Of a stretch of DNA of 64,000 bases, positions 39,153 through 49,426 are shown piece by piece (position 1 is the stretch's first letter; each line of letters opens with the position of its first letter). A model generated the notes under the pieces. That model was not told the origin of the DNA and searched no databases. It saw only the letters and a list, made by a program, of their open reading frames with translations. This DNA comes from Candidatus Latescibacterota bacterium (GTDB taxonomy: Bacteria; Latescibacterota; UBA2968), in assembly GCA_965116885.1 (NCBI GenBank), contig OZ220741.1, forward strand, positions 5,376,001 through 5,440,000, written 5' to 3'. The translations under genes and the position numbers were made by a program.

Positions 39153-40865
39153 ATGTCTTCTCCCAACGTAGTCTTTGTAATTACCGATGATCAGGGCTAT
39201 GGCGACCTTGGATGCCACGGCAATGACATCATCCGGACGCCCAACCTCGACAAGCTCTACACCGAAAGCGTGCGATTTACCAATTACCACGTCGGTCCTA
39301 CCTGCGCGCCCACCCGGGCGGGCATCATGACGGGACGCTATTGCAACTGCACAGGCGTATGGCACACCATTGCGGGACGTTCGCTACTGCGCAAAGACGA
39401 AACCACCATCGCCGACTTCTTCAAAGCAGCGGGATATCGCACCGGCATGTTTGGCAAATGGCACCTCGGCGACAACTATCCATTTCACCCGCACAACCGG
39501 GGCTTTGACACGGTCGTTTACCACGGCGGTGGCGGCGTACACCAGACCCCTGACTACTGGGGCAATACCTATTTCAACGACACGTACTTCCGCAACGGCG
39601 TACCTGAAAAATTCAGAGGCTACTGCACCGACATCTGGTTTGACGAAGCCAAAAAATTCATCGAAGACTGTGGCGACACGCCCTTCTTCTGCTATATCCC
39701 CACCAACGCACCGCACGGTCCCTTCAACATAGCCGATCACTACCGCGAACTCTACAACGGCGACGGCTTACCCGGCCAGCGCGACCGCTTTTACGGCATG
39801 ATCACCAACATCGACGAAAACGTCGGTCTCATGCGCGACTTCCTCCGCGAAAAGGGATTGGAAGAAAACACCATCTTCATCTTCATGACCGACAATGGCA
39901 CCGCCAATGGCTGCACCCTCGACGGCAATGGCTATGTCACAGATGGTTTCAACGATGGTATGCGCGGCAAAAAAGGCTCAGAATACGAAGGCGGGCATCG
40001 CGTCCCCTTCTTATTTCACTGGCCCGCGGGGGGATACACCAATGGACGGGACATCGACACCCTCATTGCCAACATCGACTTCTTACCCACCCTTTGCGAC
40101 CTCTGTGATGTCCCCATCTCCGACGAAGCCCGCGAACGCATCAACGGCACCAGCGTCAAACCCCTCCTCGAAGGCACGGACAACTGGTCCGAACGCACAA
40201 TCGTCACGGACTCGCAGCGCGTGGAAAATCCCATCAAATGGCGCAAATGCGCGACCATGACACAGCGCTGGCGGCTCATCAACGGCGAAGAACTCTACGA
40301 CATGGACAACGACCACGGACAACGCCACAATGTCGCCGAGCAACATCCCGATATCGTCGCCGAACTGCGCCAGCACTACGAAGACTGGTGGGCACTTGTC
40401 TCCGAACGCTTTGGCGAAGACGTACCCATCATCGTCGGATCTGAAAGCGAACCCGTCTCTGTGATCACAACCCACGACTGGCACAACGAAAACAGCGATT
40501 CCGCCTGGAATCAGGGGGCGATCCGCCGCGGGGTGGAATGCAATGGTCGCTGGGCAATCGACGTAGCCGAATCGGGTAATTACACCTTTGAATTGCGCCG
40601 ATGGCCCCGCGAAGAAGACCGCGCCATCACCGAAGGCATCCCCGGCAAACTCACGCCCTATTACGGCGGCAATGCAATTCCCGTCAGCACCGCCCGCATC
40701 AAAGTCGCAGGGGAAGAACAATCGCAATCCATCGGTCTCGAAGACAAAGGCATCGCCTTTACCTGCACCCTCCAGGCCGGTGAAACGAGCCTCGAAACCG
40801 AACTCACCGATGGGAATGGTATCTCGCTGGGAGCGTATTACGTATATGTGGAAAGAGTGGGATAA
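39153..40865 (+). CDS. Arylsulfatase
   Basis: TDDQGYGD, CAPTR, GKWHLG, TDNG, GKKG...GGHRVP. Confidence 0.93.
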   Translation: MSSPNVVFVITDDQGYGDLGCHGNDIIRTPNLDKLYTESVRFTNYHVGPTCAPTRAGIMTGRYCNCTGVWHTIAGRSLLRKDETTIADFFKAAGYRTGMFGKWHLGDNYPFHPHNRGFDTVVYHGGGGVHQTPDYWGNTYFNDTYFRNGVPEKFRGYCTDIWFDEAKKFIEDCGDTPFFCYIPTNAPHGPFNIADHYRELYNGDGLPGQRDRFYGMITNIDENVGLMRDFLREKGLEENTIFIFMTDNGTANGCTLDGNGYVTDGFNDGMRGKKGSEYEGGHRVPFLFHWPAGGYTNGRDIDTLIANIDFLPTLCDLCDVPISDEARERINGTSVKPLLEGTDNWSERTIVTDSQRVENPIKWRKCATMTQRWRLINGEELYDMDNDHGQRHNVAEQHPDIVAELRQHYEDWWALVSERFGEDVPIIVGSESEPVSVITTHDWHNENSDSAWNQGAIRRGVECNGRWAIDVAESGNYTFELRRWPREEDRAITEGIPGKLTPYYGGNAIPVSTARIKVAGEEQSQSIGLEDKGIAFTCTLQAGETSLETELTDGNGISLGAYYVYVERVG

Positions 40866-40955
40866 AGCGAGGGGCTGGGGACTGGTTGAGAGGACGTCTC
40901 ACCTCTTATGTCTTTGTGTGAGGTCCTCTCACCATTCACCTATAAGAAAAACACA

Positions 40956-41369
40956 ATGGGCAAAGGGCTATTACTCATCCTCGCGCTTTTCTTCGCGAGT
41001 GTCCCTTCATGGAGTGCGGAATCTCAGCCTGATTCCCTCGCATCGGACCACCGCGTGCGCGGTGCGGTATTGCGGTCTATCGCGCTACCGGGCTGGGGAC
41101 AATTTTACAATGGCAAGCGCATAAAAGGCAGCGTGATTGCGACCGCAGAAGTAGCTTCGGCTATCGCCTGGGTCGTGCGTCGCAAACAGATCAAAGATCG
41201 GGGCACTCAGGAACGGAACCTGTACCTCTTCTCAACCATTGGAATCGTGCTCTACAGCGTGGGAGATGCTTATGTGGATGCCCATCTCAATCGGGTAGAT
41301 TGGGCGGAAGTAGAGGCGGGTATCGATGAAAACGGCACAGCAAAATTTCGACTAAAATTAAGGTTTTGA
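40956..41369 (+). CDS. DUF5683-like membrane protein
   Basis: Signal peptide; AVLRSIALPGWGQFYN, DAYVDAHL. Confidence 0.75.
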   Translation: MGKGLLLILALFFASVPSWSAESQPDSLASDHRVRGAVLRSIALPGWGQFYNGKRIKGSVIATAEVASAIAWVVRRKQIKDRGTQERNLYLFSTIGIVLYSVGDAYVDAHLNRVDWAEVEAGIDENGTAKFRLKLRF

Positions 41370-41376
41370 TGGTGTT

Positions 41377-42348
41377 TTAGACATACCTGATATTCTTCCC
41401 CAAAGTCGCCACCATCTCGCCACTCGATACCATCGGCAGCAAATTCTCCGACCAGAAAATCGACTCCTCTGGCGCGCGCAATGTCTCGAGCACAGTGCCA
41501 AACGGATCGGTAATATCTGCAACGGGATCGTCCTTTTGCAAATGATCGTAGTGCTGCGCGTGAAACTCTATAAATCCACCCCGATTGGCCAACACCGTCA
41601 AAAACCCATCCACCACCACTTGCTTTTTGGGTATAAACGGCTCGCCCGGTATAACCCCGTAATACTTCAACACATTCTCAACACCCGTAATACCCTTCTG
41701 AATACTCTCACTATCCCAGCCCATGCATCCACCGAGTTCGGGATCAATCGTCGGAATCCCCTCATCGGGAGCAGAACGCGCGAGTTGGCCTGCGGGACCG
41801 CGCTGATCGAGAATATAGCCAATGCCAAACACTTGAGCCATCTCCATACACACGCGGTGAATGCGCTTGCGCCGATCCACCCGCACGCGCACCTCGTCAA
41901 TCATCGGTCGGCGCCCCCCCTGGTGCAAATCAATACAATAATCGGACTGCAACACCGCATTGTGAAATAACCGATAGGCAATGCGCTCGCTCGACGTGCC
42001 ATCTTTGCGCCCGGGAAAACACCGATTCATCTTTTTTTCATCAACCGGACTAAATGCCTGATGCGCGTGAAACGCGTGAAAATTGACAATCAACACCGCA
42101 ATAACCCGCCCGCTCATCACCGTCGGATCCAGCCGCTTCAACACCTGTCGAATCACGCTGATGCCATTTAACTCATCCCCATCGCTAATCGCCTGCAAAT
42201 AAATCGTCGGTCCTTCCTCGGCACCATTAATCAGGGATACCGGAACGCGCGCAGGCGACCCATCCTGCATCTCAGCCACCTTCAAATAGCCATCTGTGCG
42301 CTGTCCAGACTCAGCCCGAAGATGTTCAACGCGAAGCAATTCACCCAT
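41377..42348 (-). CDS. Succinylglutamate desuccinylase/aspartoacylase (M14) family
   Basis: DGDELNG, MNRCFPG, IDLHQG, ELGG. Confidence 0.85.
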   Translation of the reverse strand: MGELLRVEHLRAESGQRTDGYLKVAEMQDGSPARVPVSLINGAEEGPTIYLQAISDGDELNGISVIRQVLKRLDPTVMSGRVIAVLIVNFHAFHAHQAFSPVDEKKMNRCFPGRKDGTSSERIAYRLFHNAVLQSDYCIDLHQGGRRPMIDEVRVRVDRRKRIHRVCMEMAQVFGIGYILDQRGPAGQLARSAPDEGIPTIDPELGGCMGWDSESIQKGITGVENVLKYYGVIPGEPFIPKKQVVVDGFLTVLANRGGFIEFHAQHYDHLQKDDPVADITDPFGTVLETLRAPEESIFWSENLLPMVSSGEMVATLGKNIRYV

Positions 42349-42385
42349 AGTATTTGTAGCTCCTAAAGAAAATGTTTATAGCGCA

Positions 42386-44623
42386 TCAAAACGCAAATCC
42401 GATTGCCGTATAAATCCGGATATCTTTTTTTTCTGTGCTCACAACATCAATGCGAATGGGACCAAAAATCTTTGTGTTGATATAACCACCAATACCAAAA
42501 CCGTGGATATGGGTATATGGCCGATCCGTATAGGCAGGAAAATGGTACCGCCCCCCCTGATAGAAAATTCCAACAGCACTGCGCGGTATGGAATCCCAAA
42601 ATATCAGGTGGCTCCAAATAGAAATACCCGCCGATACGAACCTGAAAGCTGACAGTTCATCTCGCCGGAGACCGACAACGCGCAATGCTGCGTTACTCAA
42701 GTGTCCTGCACCACCTAATGCGAAGTTTTCCTCAAACGGTGCAGGCTGTGTCACATAGCCTCCGTGCGACCAGAAGCCCACACTCAATTGCGGATGGGGG
42801 CTGGTGAAGTACGCGAGCCGTGTTTGCACTTGCTTATGTAAGAAGGTCCGATGAACCCATTTTCCCCGGGTATAAAAAAAGATGCCCCGCTTTGGCACAA
42901 ACACATCGTCTCGCGTATCAATACCTGCAGATAACCAGAAGGCGGGGAGATATTCAGATTCCAGGACCTGGATCGCATCGCGAATGAGCATATGTTCAAC
43001 TTGATACCCCACGTTGAAACCTCCCCAACTGTGGAACAAAGCCTGCATGCCCAATCGCGTGCGAAAACGCCTCTCATTATACACGCCCTGGGCTTGCTCT
43101 TTAAAATAAGCCACCCGCTCTTGTTTCCAGCCTCGAATCTCCCCGAGAAAACTCAGGCCCTTAAATGAGCGAAAAATTAAATTCATTTCGGCAAACTTCA
43201 TATTAGTGCCCAATAGGCCGCGCAAATAAAACTCTACTGCGCGGCCATAAACATTTTGATGTGCAAGCTCGGCCAGTGCCGAAACCCCAAAATCGTTGTC
43301 GTAACGAAGTCCCATTTTCAACTCACTTGGGGGATTTTCTATTACCTGAAAAACCAATTCGGTATAGTCTTCATGGTAGATAACCTGGTAATCCACTGTT
43401 TGAAACAATCCGGTCGCATACAACCGGCCAGATTCGTGTTCCAGTTCCCGAAACGATGTCGGCTTATTGATGAACTTTTCCAACTCTGCAATGGAAATGC
43501 CTCTTGTGTAACGCTCTAAACCCTCAATCCGCACCCGATCAATTACAATATCCGATGGTATATCCGCCCAGGTTCTGAAATCAAAATCATCTGGCAACAT
43601 CGACGGTCTCGACTTTTCAACGCGCTTTGAAACGCCGAACTTTTGCAGAGCCTTCCAGATCACATTTAGATGTTTTTCGGTTTCTTCTTCACCAATCGGG
43701 ATCACTGTATGTGAGCGATTAAAATCGCCACTATCAAATCCTTTTAAATCGGGCACTATCAACACATGGGCAAGTTTTCGATTTGCCATTTTTTTTTCTT
43801 CAATTCGAAAACTAACAGCCTGATCTATGACGTCGATAAAATCTTCAAATTCGTGTTTTTGACTGCGCAGTGGCGTGGCACAATCCACGGCAATAACAAA
43901 ATCAGCGCCGGCGTCTAATGCGACATCTACAGGCAAGTTATTGACAATGCCGCCATCTACGAGAAGCGTTTGTTCTGTACTCACCGGCACAAATATCCCT
44001 GGGATAGAAATACTCGCTCTGATTGCCGTGCCGAGCGAGCCATTTTTAAGCACGACCTGTTCGCCAGCTACAATATCTGTTGCAATTGCGCGAAAAGGTG
44101 TTGGAAGCCGATCAAAATCGTTTCGCGCCCGATAAGTTGCACCAATGGTCAATTGATAGAGAAAATGCTGGATTTTTTTCCCAGCAAAAATTCCATAGGG
44201 CAATTTTAGATCCAAATTATCGAGGCGCAATGCAAGCATCTGCCGATCAACTATTGGTTTGCGATGCAAATTCAACAGACGGCGGTCAGGGCTATTGCGG
44301 GTCATTTCCCACCAGTCTGTTTCCACAACAATGCGTTCGAGATCATCAACAGAATATCCAGCAGAGTACAATCCTCCCACCAGAGCGCCGTAACTCGCGC
44401 CCACGATCAAATCAATGGGGATGCCCTCGCGCTCGAGCACGCGCAAAACGCCGATATGTACCCCTCCACGTGCGCCTCCTCCACTGAGCACCAGTGCGAC
44501 TCGGGGGCTCTGTTTTGCAAAAGCAGGAAGCGTGCTAAACAGGGCAAAACCGAAACAAAAAACAAAAACAAATAGGCTTTGAACTATTCCGCATTTTGTT
44601 GCGTATAACTTTTTGCCTGTCAT
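42386..44623 (-). CDS. Patatin-like phospholipase with POTRA and outer-membrane barrel (PlpD-like)
   Basis: LSGGGARG, GASYG (GxSxG), DGG, POTRA-like LYATGLF, C-terminal GFAF. Start uncertain. Confidence 0.85.
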   Translation of the reverse strand: MTGKKLYATKCGIVQSLFVFVFCFGFALFSTLPAFAKQSPRVALVLSGGGARGGVHIGVLRVLEREGIPIDLIVGASYGALVGGLYSAGYSVDDLERIVVETDWWEMTRNSPDRRLLNLHRKPIVDRQMLALRLDNLDLKLPYGIFAGKKIQHFLYQLTIGATYRARNDFDRLPTPFRAIATDIVAGEQVVLKNGSLGTAIRASISIPGIFVPVSTEQTLLVDGGIVNNLPVDVALDAGADFVIAVDCATPLRSQKHEFEDFIDVIDQAVSFRIEEKKMANRKLAHVLIVPDLKGFDSGDFNRSHTVIPIGEEETEKHLNVIWKALQKFGVSKRVEKSRPSMLPDDFDFRTWADIPSDIVIDRVRIEGLERYTRGISIAELEKFINKPTSFRELEHESGRLYATGLFQTVDYQVIYHEDYTELVFQVIENPPSELKMGLRYDNDFGVSALAELAHQNVYGRAVEFYLRGLLGTNMKFAEMNLIFRSFKGLSFLGEIRGWKQERVAYFKEQAQGVYNERRFRTRLGMQALFHSWGGFNVGYQVEHMLIRDAIQVLESEYLPAFWLSAGIDTRDDVFVPKRGIFFYTRGKWVHRTFLHKQVQTRLAYFTSPHPQLSVGFWSHGGYVTQPAPFEENFALGGAGHLSNAALRVVGLRRDELSAFRFVSAGISIWSHLIFWDSIPRSAVGIFYQGGRYHFPAYTDRPYTHIHGFGIGGYINTKIFGPIRIDVVSTEKKDIRIYTAIGFAF

Positions 44624-44645
44624 CTGGCTTTCCCGGCTTTGAAAG

Positions 44646-44687
44646 ATTGAAAAGAGCCGATCCATTTCCGGACCGGCTCTTTTCAAT
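44646..44687 (-). terminator. Hairpin after the DUF1080 gene
   Basis: ATTGAAAAGAGCCG...CGGCTCTTTTCAAT. Confidence 0.7.
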
Positions 44688-44711
44688 TATGACCTCAATA
44701 ATAGGTCCTCT

Positions 44712-45458
44712 CTACCCCTCATCATAATCGGTCAACGGACGAATCCAGATATTCCGATAGCGCACTGGATCGCCGTGATCTTGCAGCATCAACGGCCCGG
44801 TAGGCCCGTGCGGCGTGTCGTAATTCGACACATTCCTGTGTCCGGTCGGTCCCATAGCCTCTTTGCGGTTGTGCAGCACAACACCGTTCAAAAACACCGT
44901 CAAATAAGCGGGCTTCACCAGCGTATCGCCATCGTATTCCGGTGTTTCAAAAACAATATCATAAGCCTGCCACTCACCCGGTGGGCGCGTCGCATTCACC
45001 AGCGGCGAAAACTGACTGTAAATCGCGCCCGTCGTACCATCGGAATACGTCGGATTATCATATCCATCCAGCACCTGCACCTCGTATTTCCCGATCAAAA
45101 ATACACCGCTATTTCCCCGCCCCTGACTGCTGCCACGCACTTCTGAAGGACAGGCAAACTCTATGTGCAACTGTGCACTTCCAAACTCATCTTTCGTCCG
45201 GATATTCCCCGTACGGGGATTCACCTCTACATACCCATTCTCCACTGTCCATGTCGGATCTCCACCATCGAGACTCTGCCAACTGGACAAATCCGTACCA
45301 TCAAACAGCACCACGGCATCCGATGGCGCATCACCTGCACTGGCTCCCGGCGTTACCACGCGCGGTGCTGGACGATTCTTATCGTGAACGCGCCACGGTT
45401 GATTGGGCAACATCGGCGTATCGTCATACCCCACCGGCGTGTGTTTTTCTGCTGCCAT
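44712..45458 (-). CDS. DUF1080 (3-keto-disaccharide hydrolase-like) protein
   Basis: LFDGTDL, GNSGVF, YEVQVLD, GEWQAYDI, LQDHG...YRNIW. Confidence 0.9.
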   Translation of the reverse strand: MAAEKHTPVGYDDTPMLPNQPWRVHDKNRPAPRVVTPGASAGDAPSDAVVLFDGTDLSSWQSLDGGDPTWTVENGYVEVNPRTGNIRTKDEFGSAQLHIEFACPSEVRGSSQGRGNSGVFLIGKYEVQVLDGYDNPTYSDGTTGAIYSQFSPLVNATRPPGEWQAYDIVFETPEYDGDTLVKPAYLTVFLNGVVLHNRKEAMGPTGHRNVSNYDTPHGPTGPLMLQDHGDPVRYRNIWIRPLTDYDEG

Positions 45459-45663
45459 TTTGTTTCCTTTCTAAAATGAAGTGAATATTTTATTTTCAAA
45501 CCATGATCATAAAAATACAAAGATGTGTCAAGCGGGATTCCGAACACGGATCGCGCTCGCAATTTATCACATTAAATGAATCATAAACCCGTAGTTACCT
45601 GTCCATATATTAAGACACCCAAAATGATTTAATTTATTGCCCAAACGCGCGTAAGGACAAATC

Positions 45664-46647
45664 ATGAAAATTCTCCGCAAAGAACAAAACGTTCCATCTC
45701 TGCCAAAACCCAACCAGTGTCGCGTTGTGTACTCCGATGAACTCCCACCCGTCGAACTAATTACCGCAACATTTGTATATGCATTCGACGGAGATCGCTT
45801 GCTCATGACACATCTCAAATCGCGCGGCTGGGACCTGCCCGGCGGCCATATTGAACCTGGCGAAACACCTGATCGTGCAGCCCGTCGAGAAGTCTATGAA
45901 GAAACAGGTGCCCGTCTAAATCAGATAGACATTTTTACCCACATCCACATACATATTGACGGACCTGAACCCGGTGATTATGCTTACCCTTATCCCGATT
46001 CCTATATGGTCTTTTACTGGGCACATATTGACACACTTGAAAATTTTAACGAAACCGACGAAGCACGCGAACGCGGTCTATTTGGCCCTGAACGAACGCG
46101 ACAAACCCATTATATCACGAACAACCGGGAACTCTATCGCGCTGCATTTGAATGCGCCGTTGACCTGATCCCCAAACCCGAAGCCCCCTGGAAACACAAA
46201 GCTTTTGCGCTCATCCTGCGTCCAGATAATTCGGGATACAAACTCCTCGCTCTTTTGGGGTATGCCCCTTGTATTGAAAACCCGCCACCACTGCGTTTTC
46301 CCGGCGGGAATTTGGACCCGGGCGAAACGCCAGAAGAAGCTATGTATCGCGAACTCTACGAAGAATCGGGCCTGGGACGCTTAAAAATCCTTCGCAAACT
46401 CGGCGTTCACCACTATTACAAATACTATATCCAATCCAATGTCGAACGGCATGACTATCTCCTCCTCGCCCCGCGCAACACCCCCGACCAATGGTCTCAT
46501 GTTGTCACAGGAGAGGACGCCGACGCCGATTACACCTTCAACTACCAGTGGATAGGAGCAGACGAAATCGATAGCCTCTCCGACGAACTCAACACATTTG
46601 TCACACCCGAACACATTCCCGAACTATTCAATAATAAATCCCACTGA
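45664..46647 (+). CDS. Tandem Nudix hydrolase (two Nudix boxes)
   Basis: [23 protein letters not shown] and [23 protein letters not shown]. Confidence 0.88.
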   Translation: MKILRKEQNVPSLPKPNQCRVVYSDELPPVELITATFVYAFDGDRLLMTHLKSRGWDLPGGHIEPGETPDRAARREVYEETGARLNQIDIFTHIHIHIDGPEPGDYAYPYPDSYMVFYWAHIDTLENFNETDEARERGLFGPERTRQTHYITNNRELYRAAFECAVDLIPKPEAPWKHKAFALILRPDNSGYKLLALLGYAPCIENPPPLRFPGGNLDPGETPEEAMYRELYEESGLGRLKILRKLGVHHYYKYYIQSNVERHDYLLLAPRNTPDQWSHVVTGEDADADYTFNYQWIGADEIDSLSDELNTFVTPEHIPELFNNKSH

Positions 46648-47416
46648 TATCCCACCCGAAGACAGACACATCTACCCATCCGTTACCGCCCCCTCCTGCA
46701 TTGATCTCAACACCCTCGCACGCCAGCAACGCCCGCTGATTACCCACATGCGGCGTCAAACACCCTTTTGAATCCAAAATGCGATGCATGGGATACGCCT
46801 GTCCTGTCATGCGCTTCATATAGGTGGGCAACACGCGGTAATACGAATGCGACACCCCCAGAGCATCCACAATCTGTTTATACGTCATCACCTTCCCAAA
46901 AGGAATCTGCTTTACAACCCACAAAAACCGATCAAAGGTGCGATCGGGCACAGGATCATAACACCTGGACAAAACCCTCACCGGATCGCCTTCGCGAACG
47001 ACACCACCCGTCAACACCACAGCCAAAAATCCCCTCTGATTCTCCAACGATTGGATCGGCTTTACGCCCAATGTCCCGATATACTTGCACACTTCACAGT
47101 GATACGTCAACCGAACTGTGGCAGAATCCCCGAGTTGCAAAACCGAACCCGATGGCAAATCGTTCAGCGGCAACCCGGAGACAACGACATTCTCTCGCAA
47201 ATCACCTGGCTGCAATTTGAACTCGCGCAGAGTCTCCAGAGCAACCAAAAGCACCTGCCGCGGACCAACACCACCTGCATTTGCATCGCCTTCAATGCCA
47301 AAACGAGCGCGCAGTAAAAATTTACCATCGCGCGGTCTGGACAAAGGCATCCCCTTCTCTATCTTCATAAACAGAGAAATGACGCGCCCCTGTATATCCA
47401 TCTGCACCCTTTCCAT
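46628..47416 (-). CDS. MOSC domain fused to an alkyltransferase-like (MGMT/ATL) DNA-binding domain
   Basis: GIEGD...RQVLL...PGDLREN...CEVC...RG (MOSC); [15 protein letters not shown]...PMHRI...[10 protein letters not shown] (ATL). TAATG coupling with the upstream gene. Confidence 0.8.
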   Translation of the reverse strand: MERVQMDIQGRVISLFMKIEKGMPLSRPRDGKFLLRARFGIEGDANAGGVGPRQVLLVALETLREFKLQPGDLRENVVVSGLPLNDLPSGSVLQLGDSATVRLTYHCEVCKYIGTLGVKPIQSLENQRGFLAVVLTGGVVREGDPVRVLSRCYDPVPDRTFDRFLWVVKQIPFGKVMTYKQIVDALGVSHSYYRVLPTYMKRMTGQAYPMHRILDSKGCLTPHVGNQRALLACEGVEINAGGGGNGWVDVSVFGWDISGIYY

Positions 47417-48081
47417 TACCCCGACATCCATCCACCCGCGACCCGTGCCAATTCTTCCATCACGGGTTCATCGGTATTTCGCCGCTTCAAAATTTTAAAT
47501 CCGTGATCCGCTGTATCCACCACGTGAAGCGTCGCATTCTCCAGACCATTCACCACCGGTTGCAACAGTTCTAAATTCGCCATCCTATCCCGCTGACCCG
47601 ATAAAAACAGCATCGGCACGCGTACATCCTTCAAATGCTCGGCGCGCTCTGTATTCGGCTTACTCGAATACAGCGGAAAAGCGAAAAACACAACACCCTT
47701 CAACCCGTCAATGGGTTCTTCGGCACAAGCCATCGAAACCATCCGCCCGCTCATCGAATGCCCACCGGCAAAAACTGGCAACCCGCGCGCCTGCTTCATC
47801 CCCATTGCTATAGCCGCACGCACAGTAGCCAACCGCACCTTCTCCCCATCCATGCCACCACCGCCCCTCTCGGAATACGGATAATTAAAACGCAAAGTCG
47901 CAATTCCCACATCGTTCAACGCATCGCTCAGTTCCTGGATAAAAAGATGCCGCATATTCGTACCCGACCCGTGACCCAACACCAACAATGCCCTTGCTCC
48001 GCGCGGTCGCGCGTACAAAGCCGACACCTCCCCCTTTTCTTCAGTCGCAATAAATTTCAACTCTCTGGGTTCAACAGCCAT
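47416..48081 (-). CDS. Alpha/beta hydrolase
   Basis: HGSG, GGHSMSG, GQRD, ADHGF. Confidence 0.88.
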   Translation of the reverse strand: MAVEPRELKFIATEEKGEVSALYARPRGARALLVLGHGSGTNMRHLFIQELSDALNDVGIATLRFNYPYSERGGGGMDGEKVRLATVRAAIAMGMKQARGLPVFAGGHSMSGRMVSMACAEEPIDGLKGVVFFAFPLYSSKPNTERAEHLKDVRVPMLFLSGQRDRMANLELLQPVVNGLENATLHVVDTADHGFKILKRRNTDEPVMEELARVAGGWMSG

Positions 48082-48567
48082 TTATATTTCCTCTTTTATC
48101 CACATAATATGAGAATCCCGCGGCGTAGCGCAAAGCGGACCGCCGAGATCATCCGTCAACTTTAGCCTTACAACAATGGGATCGCCCGATTCAAGTACCC
48201 GATTAACCTGCGCCCAATCGAGATGCCCAAGGCGAATTTTGAGCCGCCGAAACATCTCAAAATCGCCCGAATCTCGCACCACCCCCCAGGACAAATAAAA
48301 AAAGCGGTCCGCGGGCCTGCCCTGTGCATAAGGACCCAGAAAATTGGGCGAGCCATCGGGTTTCTCGCCAACCCTGAACTCGGGATAAAATACAACCTCG
48401 CGACGATCAGCGGGAACCTGATCAACAACCTCTTTGCCGTACTGTATGCCGAGATAAACAGGTTCTTTAACCTCGGGATCGTGACCGTATGGATCTTCAA
48501 AACGCGTACCGGGCAATTCGGTACAAATCACTTTTAGTTTCAAGCATGTATTGGTTATTTTTCGCAT
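48082..48567 (-). CDS. DUF5990-like protein
   Basis: LGIQ, FLGPYAQG...RFFYLSW...MFRRLK...GGPLCA. Confidence 0.7.
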   Translation of the reverse strand: MRKITNTCLKLKVICTELPGTRFEDPYGHDPEVKEPVYLGIQYGKEVVDQVPADRREVVFYPEFRVGEKPDGSPNFLGPYAQGRPADRFFYLSWGVVRDSGDFEMFRRLKIRLGHLDWAQVNRVLESGDPIVVRLKLTDDLGGPLCATPRDSHIMWIKEEI

Positions 48568-48592
48568 ACATAGCTCCATTAATCTACTGGAA

Positions 48593-48919
48593 TTAGAAAA
48601 CAGCGACCTGGATATATCCATCTTTTTGATTTTTGGATTTCTGCTTTACGGTCAAGGTAACATTTTGATCGAGTTTGGTCAGCCAACCCATCAAACGATC
48701 AAAAGTAAACCGTCGAAGTTCACGCCCTCGTTTCAGTTTTGAGATGTACGACTGATCGGTGCCGAGAATTTGGGCTGCTTCAATTTGTGTCAGCCTTCGT
48801 TCCTCAATAAGCCTGAGAATGGCCACTGCGAGTTTGGCTTTTGCCTGCATACCATCTGAATCCTCGACGTTGAGATCGGCAAAAATATTACCACTACTTT
48901 TCTCAATTATATTTGCCAT
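48593..48919 (-). CDS. XRE-family HTH antitoxin (HigA-like)
   Basis: SSGNIFADL...LTQIEAAQILGTDQSYISKL...FTFDRL. Confidence 0.88.
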   Translation of the reverse strand: MANIIEKSSGNIFADLNVEDSDGMQAKAKLAVAILRLIEERRLTQIEAAQILGTDQSYISKLKRGRELRRFTFDRLMGWLTKLDQNVTLTVKQKSKNQKDGYIQVAVF

Positions 48920-48922
48920 CGT

Positions 48923-49276
48923 TTATACTCCTTTGTGATATACTCGTGCCTGACGCAGGCGTCGTCGGATTACATCCATATCTTCTTTCGATGTGCGAAT
49001 GCCACGTTTAGATTTTTTCTTAAAACAGTGCAAGACATAGATAGTATCTCCCAAATTCGCTACATAAACTGCGCGATAAGTGTCTTTATTATACCGCTCG
49101 ACAAGTTCCATAACACCCGATAGACCTGTAAGTGGTTTCGATGTTGTCGGGTTTAGGCCACATTGTACTTGATACAGGTCAAAGCCCACGTCATCTCGTA
49201 CTGGCTTTGGGAACTTTCGCAGGTCAGATCGAGCACTGCCGATAAAGTACACGGGTTTTAAGACTTCATTTTCCAT
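48923..49276 (-). CDS. RelE/Gp49-family toxin (HigB-like)
   Basis: FIGSARSDLRKFP...YRAVY...YVLHCFKKKSKRGIRT. Confidence 0.88.
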   Translation of the reverse strand: MENEVLKPVYFIGSARSDLRKFPKPVRDDVGFDLYQVQCGLNPTTSKPLTGLSGVMELVERYNKDTYRAVYVANLGDTIYVLHCFKKKSKRGIRTSKEDMDVIRRRLRQARVYHKGV

Positions 49277-49281
49277 ATTTA

Positions 49282-49310
49282 ATTATGGCCTAAAAACCAT
49301 AAAATTGCAA
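49282..49310 (-). promoter_or_regulatory. TA promoter with an overlapping palindrome
   Basis: TTGCAA-17 nt-CATAAT; TTATGG-N8-CCATAA at 49283-49302. Confidence 0.55.
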
Positions 49311-49426
49311 GTTATTTTCCTGTTTTCTGTAAACAAAAACCATACTTGCATCAGTTGATAGAACTGCGTATAGTGTGTATCTAAAAATTTCGGAGTAGGC
49401 TCAGTGCAATCATCGAAAGGAGACGC

